DNA from: Chloroflexota bacterium
Lineage (GTDB): Bacteria > Chloroflexota > Anaerolineae > Aggregatilineales > Phototrophicaceae
DNA length: 64,000 nucleotides
NCBI GenBank assembly: GCA_009840575.1
Contig: VXNO01000017.1
Coordinates: 7,497 to 71,496, forward strand
Reading direction: 5' to 3'
Below, piece after piece: positions 34,452-43,369 of the stretch (its first letter is position 1; each line of letters starts with the position of its first letter). The notes beneath the pieces were generated by a model, which saw only the letters and a list, made by a program, of their open reading frames with translations, was not told where the DNA came from and searched no databases. A program made the translations under genes and the position numbers.

Positions 34452-36245
34452 ATGTCCGCTGAATTCCTCGTCAATTCGCCGATTAGCAGCAACCACAACA
34501 GCCCTTTCCGCTTCATCCTTTCGCATATCTTGCGGCATCCGATAGCCGCGCTGCTGCTGGTGGTGGGCGCATTTTGCAACGCTTTTTTGGCGGGTGTCGT
34601 GCCGGGCGCGGTGGGCAGCGCCTTTGACGCCATCCTGCTGGGCGGCGAGGGGACGATGCGCCTGGTGCTGAACAACGTGCTGCTCATCATCGGCTCGCAG
34701 TCCTTGCGCTCGCTGCTGCAATTCCTGCGCAATTTCTCGGCTGAAGTCTTTGCCCAGCGCTTCGAGCGCGATGTCCGCGATGAGCTGTATTCCAGCCTGC
34801 TGGGCAAGAGCATGAGCTATCACGACAGGCAGCCCGTCGGCGAGACGATGGCGCGCGTTACAAACGATGTGCGTGAGATGAACCTGATGATGAACCCGGG
34901 CATCAACCTGGTCATGGGCGCGAATATGTTTTTGATCATGCCGGCTTTGTACGCGCCGGGCATCCACCCGCAGTTGATCCTGGCGCCACTGCTGTTCATC
35001 GTCGCGCACCTGGTTGTGCAAGTATATTTTGTTCTGCGCCTGCACCCGATCGCGCAGCAAGTCCGCGGCAGCTTCGGGCGTATGAACGCACGCTTGGCTG
35101 AGTCGCTGGATGGCTTGGAAGTGGTCAAAGGCGCAGCGCAGGAGGAAAGCGAAATGCGCGCCTTCAACAGCCTGGCTGACCTGGTGCGCGACAAGTTCAT
35201 CGACCAAGGCGAATTCGAAGCCCGCTATTTGTCGATCTTGCTTTTTGGCTTGACGGTGGTGATGGCTTTGGCGCATGCAGCCAGCTTGTTCGAGGCAGGC
35301 CTTATCGCCGAGGGCGACGTGGTCGCCTATTTGGGTTTGATTAACCTCTTCCAGTTCCCTGTGTTCATCTCGCTGTTTTCTTCATCACGCATCGCATCGG
35401 GCTATGCCAGCGCCGCCCGCATATTGGAAGTCATCAAAACGCGCACGTTGCTGGACCAAAACCAACGCGGCTATAGCGGCGAAATCCGCGGCGAAATCGT
35501 CTTTGAGGGGGTCAGTTTCGGCTATTCCACAGATGATGAAGTCCTCAATGATATTTCCTTTCGCGTGCGGCCCGGGCAGACGGTCGCCATCGTCGGGCAG
35601 ACTGGCGCGGGCAAGAGCACGGTCAGCAAGCTGATTAACCGCATCTATGATGTACATAGCGGGCGTGTGCTGGTGGACGGCGTGGATGTGCGCGAGTGGA
35701 ATCTGCAAGCGCTGCGCTCGCAAATCAGCATCATTGAGCAGGATATCTTCTTGTTCAGCCGCAACGTGGCGGAGAATATCGCCTTTGGCAGCGAGCAACT
35801 CGACATGGAAGGCATCATCGACGCGGCCAAAGCGGCGCAGGCGCATGACTTCATCTCCAGCTTCCCGGCTGGCTACGAAACCATCATCGGCCAGCGCGGC
35901 ATGACTCTCAGCGGTGGTCAGCGCCAGCGGCTGGCATTGGCGCGCGCCTTCCAGACCGACCCGCCCGTGCTCATCCTGGATGACAGCACCAGCGCCATCG
36001 ACAGCGCCACAGAAGACAAGATTCAACGGGCAATCTGGTCGGCGGCGCATGGACGCACGACGTTGCTCATCACCCACCGTCTGTCGCAGATTCGCTGGGC
36101 GGACCATATCGTTGTGCTACGCAGGGGGCGGGTGGTGGCGCAGGGCAGTCACGAGGATTTACTGCGCACTTCACAATCCTACCGGCATATCTTCGACCGC
36201 TACGCCCCCGCCGACAGCCAGGCGCGAGTGGGGCGAGGAGGCTAG
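34452..36245 (+). CDS. ABC exporter subunit (fused permease/ATPase) with non-canonical Walker B catalytic residue
   Basis: Start at MSAEFLV.. (34452), after a GAGG. Walker A GQTGAGKST, canonical signature LSGGQRQRLALARAF, but Walker B is VLILDDSTSAID (Asp in place of the catalytic Glu). Confidence 0.9.
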   Translation: MSAEFLVNSPISSNHNSPFRFILSHILRHPIAALLLVVGAFCNAFLAGVVPGAVGSAFDAILLGGEGTMRLVLNNVLLIIGSQSLRSLLQFLRNFSAEVFAQRFERDVRDELYSSLLGKSMSYHDRQPVGETMARVTNDVREMNLMMNPGINLVMGANMFLIMPALYAPGIHPQLILAPLLFIVAHLVVQVYFVLRLHPIAQQVRGSFGRMNARLAESLDGLEVVKGAAQEESEMRAFNSLADLVRDKFIDQGEFEARYLSILLFGLTVVMALAHAASLFEAGLIAEGDVVAYLGLINLFQFPVFISLFSSSRIASGYASAARILEVIKTRTLLDQNQRGYSGEIRGEIVFEGVSFGYSTDDEVLNDISFRVRPGQTVAIVGQTGAGKSTVSKLINRIYDVHSGRVLVDGVDVREWNLQALRSQISIIEQDIFLFSRNVAENIAFGSEQLDMEGIIDAAKAAQAHDFISSFPAGYETIIGQRGMTLSGGQRQRLALARAFQTDPPVLILDDSTSAIDSATEDKIQRAIWSAAHGRTTLLITHRLSQIRWADHIVVLRRGRVVAQGSHEDLLRTSQSYRHIFDRYAPADSQARVGRGG

Positions 36246-36247
36246 GC

Positions 36248-38068
36248 ATGGCGGCGATTTTCGGCGGACTGCAAAGCGATAAATACGACCGGCATTATTC
36301 CGACACCTATCTGTTTCGGCGCATTGGCGAATACCTCAGCGAGCACAAGCGGCTGGTCGGGCTGGGTTTGCTGGGTTTTTTGGTGGTGGGCATCGCGCGC
36401 GCCATCCGTCCCGTTTTCATCAGCGCGGCCATCGATGACATGGTGACGGCTGGCGATTTGCTGAGCTTGATCCTGCTGGTTTTGGCTGCCATCGCCATCT
36501 CGGAATACCTGTTCAATTATGGGCGGCGGCGCTTCACTGTGGTTGTTATCGGCCGCGTCGTGGCACAACTGCGCAAGGACGCCTTCCATGCCGCTATCGA
36601 GCGCGACTTGGCATTTTATGACCGGCAGAAATCCGGCGCGGTCATCAGCCGCATCACCAGCGACACGCAGGAATTTGGCGATGTCATGCTGCTGGGCAGC
36701 GATGTCGTCTCGCAGTTCCTCAGTGTGGTGATTTTGTTCGCCGCGCTGCTGAGCTATTCGGTCGAGCTGACGGGCATCTTGCTCTTGACAATGCCCATGG
36801 TCGTTGTGGCGGCGCTGGTCTTTCGCGTCCTGGCGCGCATCGTAACTCGGCAAGGCGCGCGGGCAATGGCGGTGGTCAACGACAACATCCAGGAGAGCGT
36901 GACCGGCATCAGCGTCGCCAAGAATTTCCGTCAGGAAGCGATGATCTATAACGAGTTTTCGGCAATCAACAATTTGAGCTATACGATCAACTTGCGACGC
37001 GGGCTGGTGATGTCGCTGGTCTTCCCCACGATGGGCGTCTTGTCAGCAGTGGCGCTATCGGTGCTGGTTTGGGCGGGCGCGGAATCAGTGCTGGCGGGCA
37101 TGATCAGCGCTGGCGCATGGTATCTATTTATTCAGGGTGTGGATCGCTTCTGGTTCCCGTTTATGAACTTGGCTTCGTTTTGGAGCCAATTCCAGCAGGG
37201 GTTGAGCGCCGCCGAGCGCATCTTCGCATTGATTGACGCTGAAAACTCGGTCCTGCAATCCGCCCATAATAAAGTTACCCGGCTGCCCGGGCGCATCCAG
37301 TTTGACAAAGTATCCTTCCAATACGAGCGCGGCCAACCTATCTTGCGCGATTTCTGCCTGGAAATCAAACCGGGCGAAAATGTGGCATTTGTGGGGCACA
37401 CCGGCGCGGGCAAAAGCACAATCGCCAAGCTGATAACGCGCTATTACGAATTTCAACAGGGGCGCATCTTCATCGACGGCGCGGACATCCGCCGCCTGGA
37501 TATGCAAAGTTACCGCGCGCGGCTGGGCATCGTGCCCCAGCAACCCTTCCTGTTCAGCGGCACCGTGCTGGACAACATTCGTTATGGCAATCCGCAAGCG
37601 ACACTGCAAGAAATCAAACAAGTCGCCGGGAGCATCGGCAATGGCGAGTGGCTGGACAGCCTGCCGGATGGGCTGAATAGCGACGTGGGCGAGCGCGGCG
37701 CTATGCTCAGCGTCGGGCAGCGGCAATTGGTCAGTCTGCTGCGCGTGCTGGTGCAGAAGCTCTCTATATTCATCCTGGACGAAGCCACCGCCAGCATCGA
37801 CCCCTTCACAGAATCGCAGATTCAAGACGCTATCGAGCTCATCCTGGCGCGCTCGACCGCCATCCTCATCGCGCATCGCCTCAGCACAGTGCGCAGCGCC
37901 GACCGCATCATCGTGCTGCGTGATGGCGCAATCATCGAAGAAGGCAATCACGACCAGCTCTTGCTCGCGGCTGGACATTATGCTGAACTGTACAATACCT
38001 ACTTCCGGCATCAATCGCTAAGCTATGTTGAGGGCGCGCGGGACATGTTCGCGGCGGCGGGTTCCTGA
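36248..38068 (+). CDS. ABC exporter subunit (fused permease/ATPase) with degenerate signature motif
   Basis: Starts 2 nt after the upstream stop. Walker A GHTGAGKST, Walker B IFILDEATASID (canonical), but the signature is LSVGQRQLVSLLRVL (degenerate). Confidence 0.9.
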   Translation: MAAIFGGLQSDKYDRHYSDTYLFRRIGEYLSEHKRLVGLGLLGFLVVGIARAIRPVFISAAIDDMVTAGDLLSLILLVLAAIAISEYLFNYGRRRFTVVVIGRVVAQLRKDAFHAAIERDLAFYDRQKSGAVISRITSDTQEFGDVMLLGSDVVSQFLSVVILFAALLSYSVELTGILLLTMPMVVVAALVFRVLARIVTRQGARAMAVVNDNIQESVTGISVAKNFRQEAMIYNEFSAINNLSYTINLRRGLVMSLVFPTMGVLSAVALSVLVWAGAESVLAGMISAGAWYLFIQGVDRFWFPFMNLASFWSQFQQGLSAAERIFALIDAENSVLQSAHNKVTRLPGRIQFDKVSFQYERGQPILRDFCLEIKPGENVAFVGHTGAGKSTIAKLITRYYEFQQGRIFIDGADIRRLDMQSYRARLGIVPQQPFLFSGTVLDNIRYGNPQATLQEIKQVAGSIGNGEWLDSLPDGLNSDVGERGAMLSVGQRQLVSLLRVLVQKLSIFILDEATASIDPFTESQIQDAIELILARSTAILIAHRLSTVRSADRIIVLRDGAIIEEGNHDQLLLAAGHYAELYNTYFRHQSLSYVEGARDMFAAAGS

Positions 38069-38069
38069 T

Positions 38070-40688
38070 ATGGCTGGCGGGCTGGGACAGCGGATGAAAG
38101 CGGCTGCGAGCGAAATGCTGCGCTTGGCTCACGGCCGGCTGCGGCGCGGCTTGGCTCCTTTGCGAGCGGTGGCGCGTTCCGCCCTCCTGCTGCTTTTTCG
38201 GCAGGTGGCGGGCGTCTGGCGCTGGTTCGATTCGCTGAATATCCCGCTGAGCCCGCTGCAATGGCTGCTGGGGTTTTATGCGATCTTCGGCGTCTTATAC
38301 CTCTTCGCCACACCCATATTTGAAGCCAACGAAGAACTATGGCACTTTGGCTATGTGCAGCGCCTGCGCGAGACCAGCAGCCTGCCCGTGCAGGATTTGG
38401 CGATGCGCGACACGGTCTATGGACAGCATGGCAGCCAGCCGCCGCTGTATTATCTGGCGATTGCGGCGGTTACCGCGCCGATACGCCTGGATGATGCCGA
38501 TGCTTACCGCCAACTGAATCCCCATGTCCTGGACAACCAGCCTGCGGCTTTCGGCAACAAAAACCGCGTAGCGCATGATGAAAGCCTGCCTGCCGGGCAA
38601 GGTACAGGATTGGCTGTGCTGGTGGCGCGTATAGTGGGGTTGCTGCTGGGCGCTGGCACGATTTATTTTGTCTATCACATCGGGCAGATCATCGCGCCGC
38701 AACGCCCGACTGTCGCTTTTGTGGCGGCTGCCTTGACCGCCTTGAACCCCATGTTCATTTTCGTTAGCGCCTCGGTCAACAACGACAGCCTGGCGATGTG
38801 CCTCAACAGCGCGTTGGTCCTGCTGCTGCTGCGGACATTGCGGGATGGCTTCTCCACCCGCGCCAGCCTGGCGATGGCGCTGCTCTTTGGCTTGGCCTGC
38901 CTGACAAAAATAACTTCGCTGGTCTTGCTGCCAGCTTTGCTCGGCGTGGCTTTGTTCCTGCGCCGCAAGACAGGCGACCGCCGCGGCTTGTTGACGATGC
39001 TCGCGCTGCTGGCGCTAGGCTGGCTGCTGATTGCTGGCTGGTGGTATATTCGCAACTTGCAGCTCTATGGCGAGCCACTGGGCATCATCACCCAGACGAC
39101 CCTGGCGGGTACACGCGGGATGTATTTTGACCTCGCAGACCTCTTCACCGAATTTCATCAGTTCCGCATGTCCTATTGGGGGCTGTTTGGCGCGTCCAAT
39201 ATCCAACTGGGCAGCATTGTCTATGTTCTCTTCGACCTGGCTACTTTCCTCAGTTTGGCGGGCTGCCTGTTTTTGATACTGCAGCTGCTCGCTATCCGCG
39301 ACTTCGCCTACGCTCGCTATGAACTGGCGCACCTCTTGACCTTGGCTGGCAGCCTGGCTTTGTTGTGGCTGGGCATCCTGTACCTTAGCAGTTTGACGCC
39401 GGTTACGCAGGGGCGGCTGCTCTTCCCATTAATCGGCGTGATTAGCCCGCTGCTGGCGGTGGGGTTGGTGGAAGCGGTCTGGTGGCTGGTTTTTTGGCTG
39501 CGTCCGCCCAGCCTGGATTTCGTGCGCGCGGGTGATGCTGTGCCAGCCCAATTGCTGCGCGGCAGCATGTTGTGGCAGTTGCGCGCGCTGGGCATCATCG
39601 CCTTCTTAGTGCCCTTGACGGTCATCGCCGGGCAATATGACGCGCCCAGCCCGGTCGATTCTCCGCCGCCCAATTCCCGCCCGGTCTATGCCGACTATGG
39701 GGATGTGGCGCTGATCGCCTACGAACACAGCGACCGGCGCTATTCGGCTGGCGACCAGGTGCGCCTCACCTTGTATTGGCAGGTGCTCGCGCCCTCGACA
39801 GACGACAACAGCCTGGCATTGCGCCTGGTGGACGACAACTTGCACGCAATCGGCAGTTATACGACTTATCCCGGCGCGGGCAGCTTACGCACATCTCAGT
39901 GGCGCGAAGCCGCGATTTACCCGGACGAATATATCATTCCCATCAGCGCGGCGGCTTATGGGGGCTATCCGCTGGACCTGCGCGTGGAGTGGCAGGGCAA
40001 GTCGGGCAGCATCCACGCCACCGATGGCAGCGGGCGGCATATTGAGCCCGTCCTGCTGGATATTGGCGCAGTCGTAACGCCGCGCCAGCAGCCCGCCGCA
40101 GGCGAATTTAATGCGATACCTGCCGATGAACAGCCTGTCTTTGACGAGGTCATCCGCCTGGAAGGCTTCAGCCTGAGTATCAGTCGCAACGAAATCACCC
40201 TGCACTGGAAGGCGGATTCCGCGCCAGAAGAAAATTACACTGTCTTCGCGCATCTGCTGGACGAAGGGGACGAAATCCTTTCCCAAGCCGATGCCGCGCC
40301 GCGCCTGCCCACCCGCTACTGGCGCTGGGGCGAGACCTTCACCACCTATCACCAATTCCCGCCCGAGCCGTCGATGCTGGAGCATCAGGTACTGGTCGGT
40401 TTGTACCTGCGCGATATAAATGGCTACCCCAAAGCTGAATTCGTCCTGCAGCCACAAGAAGACCCGGAGTCGCCCACGCCTGACTCGATCCAATTTACAG
40501 AAGACGCAACCGAGGACGAGGCTGAGGGCGAGGAGTTGGCTGATGAGTTCACAGAGGAAAGCGAAGAAATCCTGGATGCCTACGCCATCAATTGGGAGGC
40601 GGCGACGGAAGTGCTGGCGCTTACGCCGACGCCTGAGCCCGCCCCTGACGAAGAGAATAGCGAAGCAGCTAGCGTAGACGAGACTTAG
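38070..40688 (+). CDS. ArnT/PMT_2-like GT-C-fold membrane glycosyltransferase candidate with two C-terminal beta-rich repeats and an acidic tail
   Basis: ATG at 38070 lies 1 nt after the ABC stop. The first-loop motif ..FEANEELWHFGYV.., ..SQPPLYYL.. and ..FVSASVNNDSL.. are typical of the PMT_2 family. C-terminal repeats ..VRLTLYWQV.. and ..EITLHWKA..NYTVFAHLLD.. The tail is rich in D/E. Confidence 0.65.
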   Translation: MAGGLGQRMKAAASEMLRLAHGRLRRGLAPLRAVARSALLLLFRQVAGVWRWFDSLNIPLSPLQWLLGFYAIFGVLYLFATPIFEANEELWHFGYVQRLRETSSLPVQDLAMRDTVYGQHGSQPPLYYLAIAAVTAPIRLDDADAYRQLNPHVLDNQPAAFGNKNRVAHDESLPAGQGTGLAVLVARIVGLLLGAGTIYFVYHIGQIIAPQRPTVAFVAAALTALNPMFIFVSASVNNDSLAMCLNSALVLLLLRTLRDGFSTRASLAMALLFGLACLTKITSLVLLPALLGVALFLRRKTGDRRGLLTMLALLALGWLLIAGWWYIRNLQLYGEPLGIITQTTLAGTRGMYFDLADLFTEFHQFRMSYWGLFGASNIQLGSIVYVLFDLATFLSLAGCLFLILQLLAIRDFAYARYELAHLLTLAGSLALLWLGILYLSSLTPVTQGRLLFPLIGVISPLLAVGLVEAVWWLVFWLRPPSLDFVRAGDAVPAQLLRGSMLWQLRALGIIAFLVPLTVIAGQYDAPSPVDSPPPNSRPVYADYGDVALIAYEHSDRRYSAGDQVRLTLYWQVLAPSTDDNSLALRLVDDNLHAIGSYTTYPGAGSLRTSQWREAAIYPDEYIIPISAAAYGGYPLDLRVEWQGKSGSIHATDGSGRHIEPVLLDIGAVVTPRQQPAAGEFNAIPADEQPVFDEVIRLEGFSLSISRNEITLHWKADSAPEENYTVFAHLLDEGDEILSQADAAPRLPTRYWRWGETFTTYHQFPPEPSMLEHQVLVGLYLRDINGYPKAEFVLQPQEDPESPTPDSIQFTEDATEDEAEGEELADEFTEESEEILDAYAINWEAATEVLALTPTPEPAPDEENSEAASVDET

Positions 40689-40764
40689 GCGCGCCCGGTG
40701 GCAAAGAAAAATTGACGGGATTGACTTGTATCAATGCGCAATAAGCTAGCGAACCTGTGAACAG

Positions 40765-41517
40765 ATGACATTGACTTCTGGACGTTTGGCAAAGACCTTG
40801 CCGACGCCGTTTCGTTATTTCCAGCGCATCGGCAGCACCAACGATGCCGCCCGCGACTGGCTGATGAAAGGCGCGCCCGCGAATGCTGTTGTCATCGCCG
40901 ACGAGCAAAGCGCGGGCAGGGGACGCCGAGGCAAAAGCTGGCATACCCCGCCGGGCGCGGCGCTGGCTATATCGATGATCCTGAAGCCGCAAGCGCGCTG
41001 GCTGCCCCGCCTCACTATGCTGGGCGGGCTGGCGGTTTGCGAACTGGCAGAGAGCCTCGGCTGTGAAGACCTCGGCATCAAGTGGCCCAACGATGTGCAA
41101 ATTGGCGGCAAGAAAGTCAGCGGCATCTTGTGCGAGGCGACTTGGGCTGGCGACCGTCTCTGCGGCGCGGCGCTTGGCATCGGACTCAATGTGCGCGTGG
41201 ACTTCCAAGGCACAACGCTGGCGGCAAGCGCGACCAGCCTGGAATCGGCAATTGACGCGCGGCTGGATCGCTCGCAACTGGCAGGGAGCTTGTGTGAGCG
41301 CATCTTACATTGGCAGCGGCGCATCGCTACGGACGAGCTCTTTGCTAGCTGGCGAGCGCGACTAAACATGCTCGGTCAAATGGTGAGTGCGAATGGCGCA
41401 ATTGGCATGGCGCTGGATGTTACTGCGGATGGCGCGCTGCTCCTCAGCGATGAGCGCGGCGAGCGGCATACAATCCATGTCGGTGAGCTTGTGCCACTGG
41501 CAGGAGAAGGCTTGTGA
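40765..41517 (+). CDS. birA: Biotin--[acetyl-CoA-carboxylase] ligase (class I, no HTH domain)
   Basis: ..QSAGRGRRGKSWHTPPGAAL.. (GRGRRGR-W motif) and ..GIKWPNDV..GGKKVSGILCE.. Confidence 0.85.
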   Translation: MTLTSGRLAKTLPTPFRYFQRIGSTNDAARDWLMKGAPANAVVIADEQSAGRGRRGKSWHTPPGAALAISMILKPQARWLPRLTMLGGLAVCELAESLGCEDLGIKWPNDVQIGGKKVSGILCEATWAGDRLCGAALGIGLNVRVDFQGTTLAASATSLESAIDARLDRSQLAGSLCERILHWQRRIATDELFASWRARLNMLGQMVSANGAIGMALDVTADGALLLSDERGERHTIHVGELVPLAGEGL

Positions 41518-42341
41518 GCCGCATCCGCTTTGAGTGGGAGGTCGAGGCGGATTTAATCGACCAGCCCGATGGCGAAGACCCGCAGCGCAAGCGAAATCGT
41601 CATCGCGCCTTGCGCCGGTTGTTGATTTTGTGCGCGCTGCTGATCGTCGCCTGCGTTCTGGGCGGGCTGGCTCTGTACCTGCGGATCGTGCAAGCGCAAA
41701 ACGAGATCGCGCAGCAGCTAACCGACACCATCAAGGTCGAGGTGGCTGCCCTGCGCATCGGCGATCGCAGCGCATATTTGCAGATTCAAAGCGGCGATGC
41801 AAGCTGGCAGGCGGCGCAAACGGCGCAATTTGAGCGGGTTCAAACGTTGAAAGCCGCGAATGCCATCGAGTTGCCTGGCGACATCCTGGCGATGGCAATT
41901 GAAGGCGAGCGCGCGCGCGTCCTGGTGCGGGAAGATGTCTATGGCTTGCCTTATGCGCGGCTGTCATTCTATCGGCGCGAAGGGGGCCTCTGGCGGCATA
42001 CCGCGCCCGATTTCAGTTTTTGGGGTGAGCAGCAACAAATCGAATCGGAGTATGCAATTGTCACTTATCGAGATGCCGATGCGGATTTCGCCAGCCAGTT
42101 GAGCGCGGAATTGGAGGAATGGCTCACTGCGCAGTGTGAGGTCGCCGACTGCGCTGATGACGCCAAGTTGCAAGTCGCTATCGCGCCCGAGGCAGAAGCG
42201 GCTTTGGCTTGGCAGGATGCTGGCGCAAGGCAAGCGCTGATTCGCTCGCCCTATTTGGAAATCGTGCGCGCCGATACACCGTTTGATAGTGAGCTGGCTG
42301 CGCAACTCTACGAACTAATTGAAGAGCATTGGGGGTTCTAA
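41514..42341 (+). CDS. Hypothetical single-pass membrane protein
   Basis: GTGA overlap with the birA stop. One TM helix (LLILCALLIVACVLGGLALYL) followed by an extracytoplasmic domain of about 210 aa. No recognised family. Confidence 0.5.
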   Translation: MSRIRFEWEVEADLIDQPDGEDPQRKRNRHRALRRLLILCALLIVACVLGGLALYLRIVQAQNEIAQQLTDTIKVEVAALRIGDRSAYLQIQSGDASWQAAQTAQFERVQTLKAANAIELPGDILAMAIEGERARVLVREDVYGLPYARLSFYRREGGLWRHTAPDFSFWGEQQQIESEYAIVTYRDADADFASQLSAELEEWLTAQCEVADCADDAKLQVAIAPEAEAALAWQDAGARQALIRSPYLEIVRADTPFDSELAAQLYELIEEHWGF

Positions 42342-42371
42342 TCACAAAGAAAAACCCGGGCTGGCAAGCTG
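42336..42371 (-). terminator. Intrinsic terminator-like hairpin between convergent genes
   Basis: CCCGGGCTGGCA-AGC-TGCCGACCCGGG (42345-42371). On the minus strand it is followed by TTTTTCTTT (complement of 42336-42344). Confidence 0.55.
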
Positions 42372-42413
42372 CCGACCCGGGCACACTGAACGAACTGGGT
42401 GGATGAAGACTGA

Positions 42414-42830
42414 TTAGCTGTCCATGCCAAAGGCAGCATTGCGCAGGACGACCAGGAACGCAAGGACATGCCCGTAGATGATATGCCCAAACAGGCTCGG
42501 ATCCGTCAGGGAAATCTGCAGCAACTCGCCGCCAGCGATCGCGGGCATAATGATGAGACCGCCGACGATCCACCAGATGACGCCGTAGATGAGGCCGCCG
42601 ACAGCGATGTCCAGCAGCGGGTTGTTCATCTTGACATATTGCACGAAGACGCCGGTGTAAAGCGCGCCGATGACTGCGCTGATGATGATATGCAGGATGA
42701 AGCCAATCAAACCATCACCCGAAATCATCCCGCCGACCATGTCCGCCATGCCCGGACCCATAAAAGCCATGAATACATAGCCGGACATAATGCCCGGTAT
42801 GATCCCCTTCCTCATACTGTCGCTGTCCAT
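42414..42830 (-). CDS. Hypothetical small integral membrane protein (about 4 TM)
   Basis: 138 aa, Gly/Ile-rich TM segments. AGGAGG lies 6 nt upstream of the ATG. No recognised family. Confidence 0.55.
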   Translation of the reverse strand: MDSDSMRKGIIPGIMSGYVFMAFMGPGMADMVGGMISGDGLIGFILHIIISAVIGALYTGVFVQYVKMNNPLLDIAVGGLIYGVIWWIVGGLIIMPAIAGGELLQISLTDPSLFGHIIYGHVLAFLVVLRNAAFGMDS

Positions 42831-43120
42831 TACTTGCCTCCTGTAAGTACTGATATACTACTTTCGGTTAGGTTGGATTCCTGCGCGCCTGTCTCCTTCC
42901 TCGGCGGATAGCGCCGCAAAAATATCTTATTGATAATTATAACCCAAAAATAGAAAGCGCAAGTTTTTTTCTTGAAATTATCCGCAATTTGCTTTTGGGT
43001 CTTAATAATCCTTGGTTTTGCGCTGCTTTTTTCTCCGCCACCTGCGCAGGCAACTTGTCATTCGCTGTTCCAGTCCCGCGCCCACCATAGCGTTTTTCCT
43101 TGCCTTGTGGTAAGATTCCT

Positions 43121-43328
43121 GTAGAAATTTCGGTAGTGGTGGCACGGTAAGTGATATGAGTTGAACGTTGGAACAAGACCTTGCGCCAGCGCCTTGGGCG
43201 TTTCGCGCGCCGAACCTTGTCCTTCTCGAAAATCGATGAGCATCATTATCGAATGACGCTGTGGTACATCATTGAATACAATCGCGAGGTCGCATCACTT
43301 ACCAAGTGACCACTACCGAAATTTCTAC
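43121..43328. repeat. 35-bp inverted repeat pair flanking the putative gyrA promoter
   Basis: Left arm 43121-43155 is GTAGAAATTTCGGTAGTGGTGGCACGGTAAGTGAT. The reverse complement of the right arm 43294-43328 is GTAGAAATTTCGGTAGTGGTCACTTGGTAAGTGAT. The outer 20 and inner 10 nt are identical and the central 5 nt differ. The arms are 138 bp apart. Confidence 0.8.
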
Positions 43329-43369
43329 TGGGATAAGCCCACGAATCGAAGGTCGGGAAGCCGCAAAGC

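Noticed and set aside
34185-35276. 363-aa ORF on the minus strand
   Set aside because: It is antisense to the ABC exporter subunit and the end of the GT-C gene. The translation is His/Gln/Arg/Ala-rich with no recognisable domain, so I treat it as a shadow ORF. The same reasoning applies to 4718-5299, 9693-10415, 19730-20626, 21656-22411, 37124-38014, 40669-41277, 44321-44968, 55780-56568 and 62205-62984.
40700-40764. Small palindrome ATTGA-CTTGTA-TCAAT upstream of birA as a bio operator
   Set aside because: The BirA here lacks an N-terminal HTH domain (class I), so it cannot be a repressor. The palindrome is short and could arise by chance.
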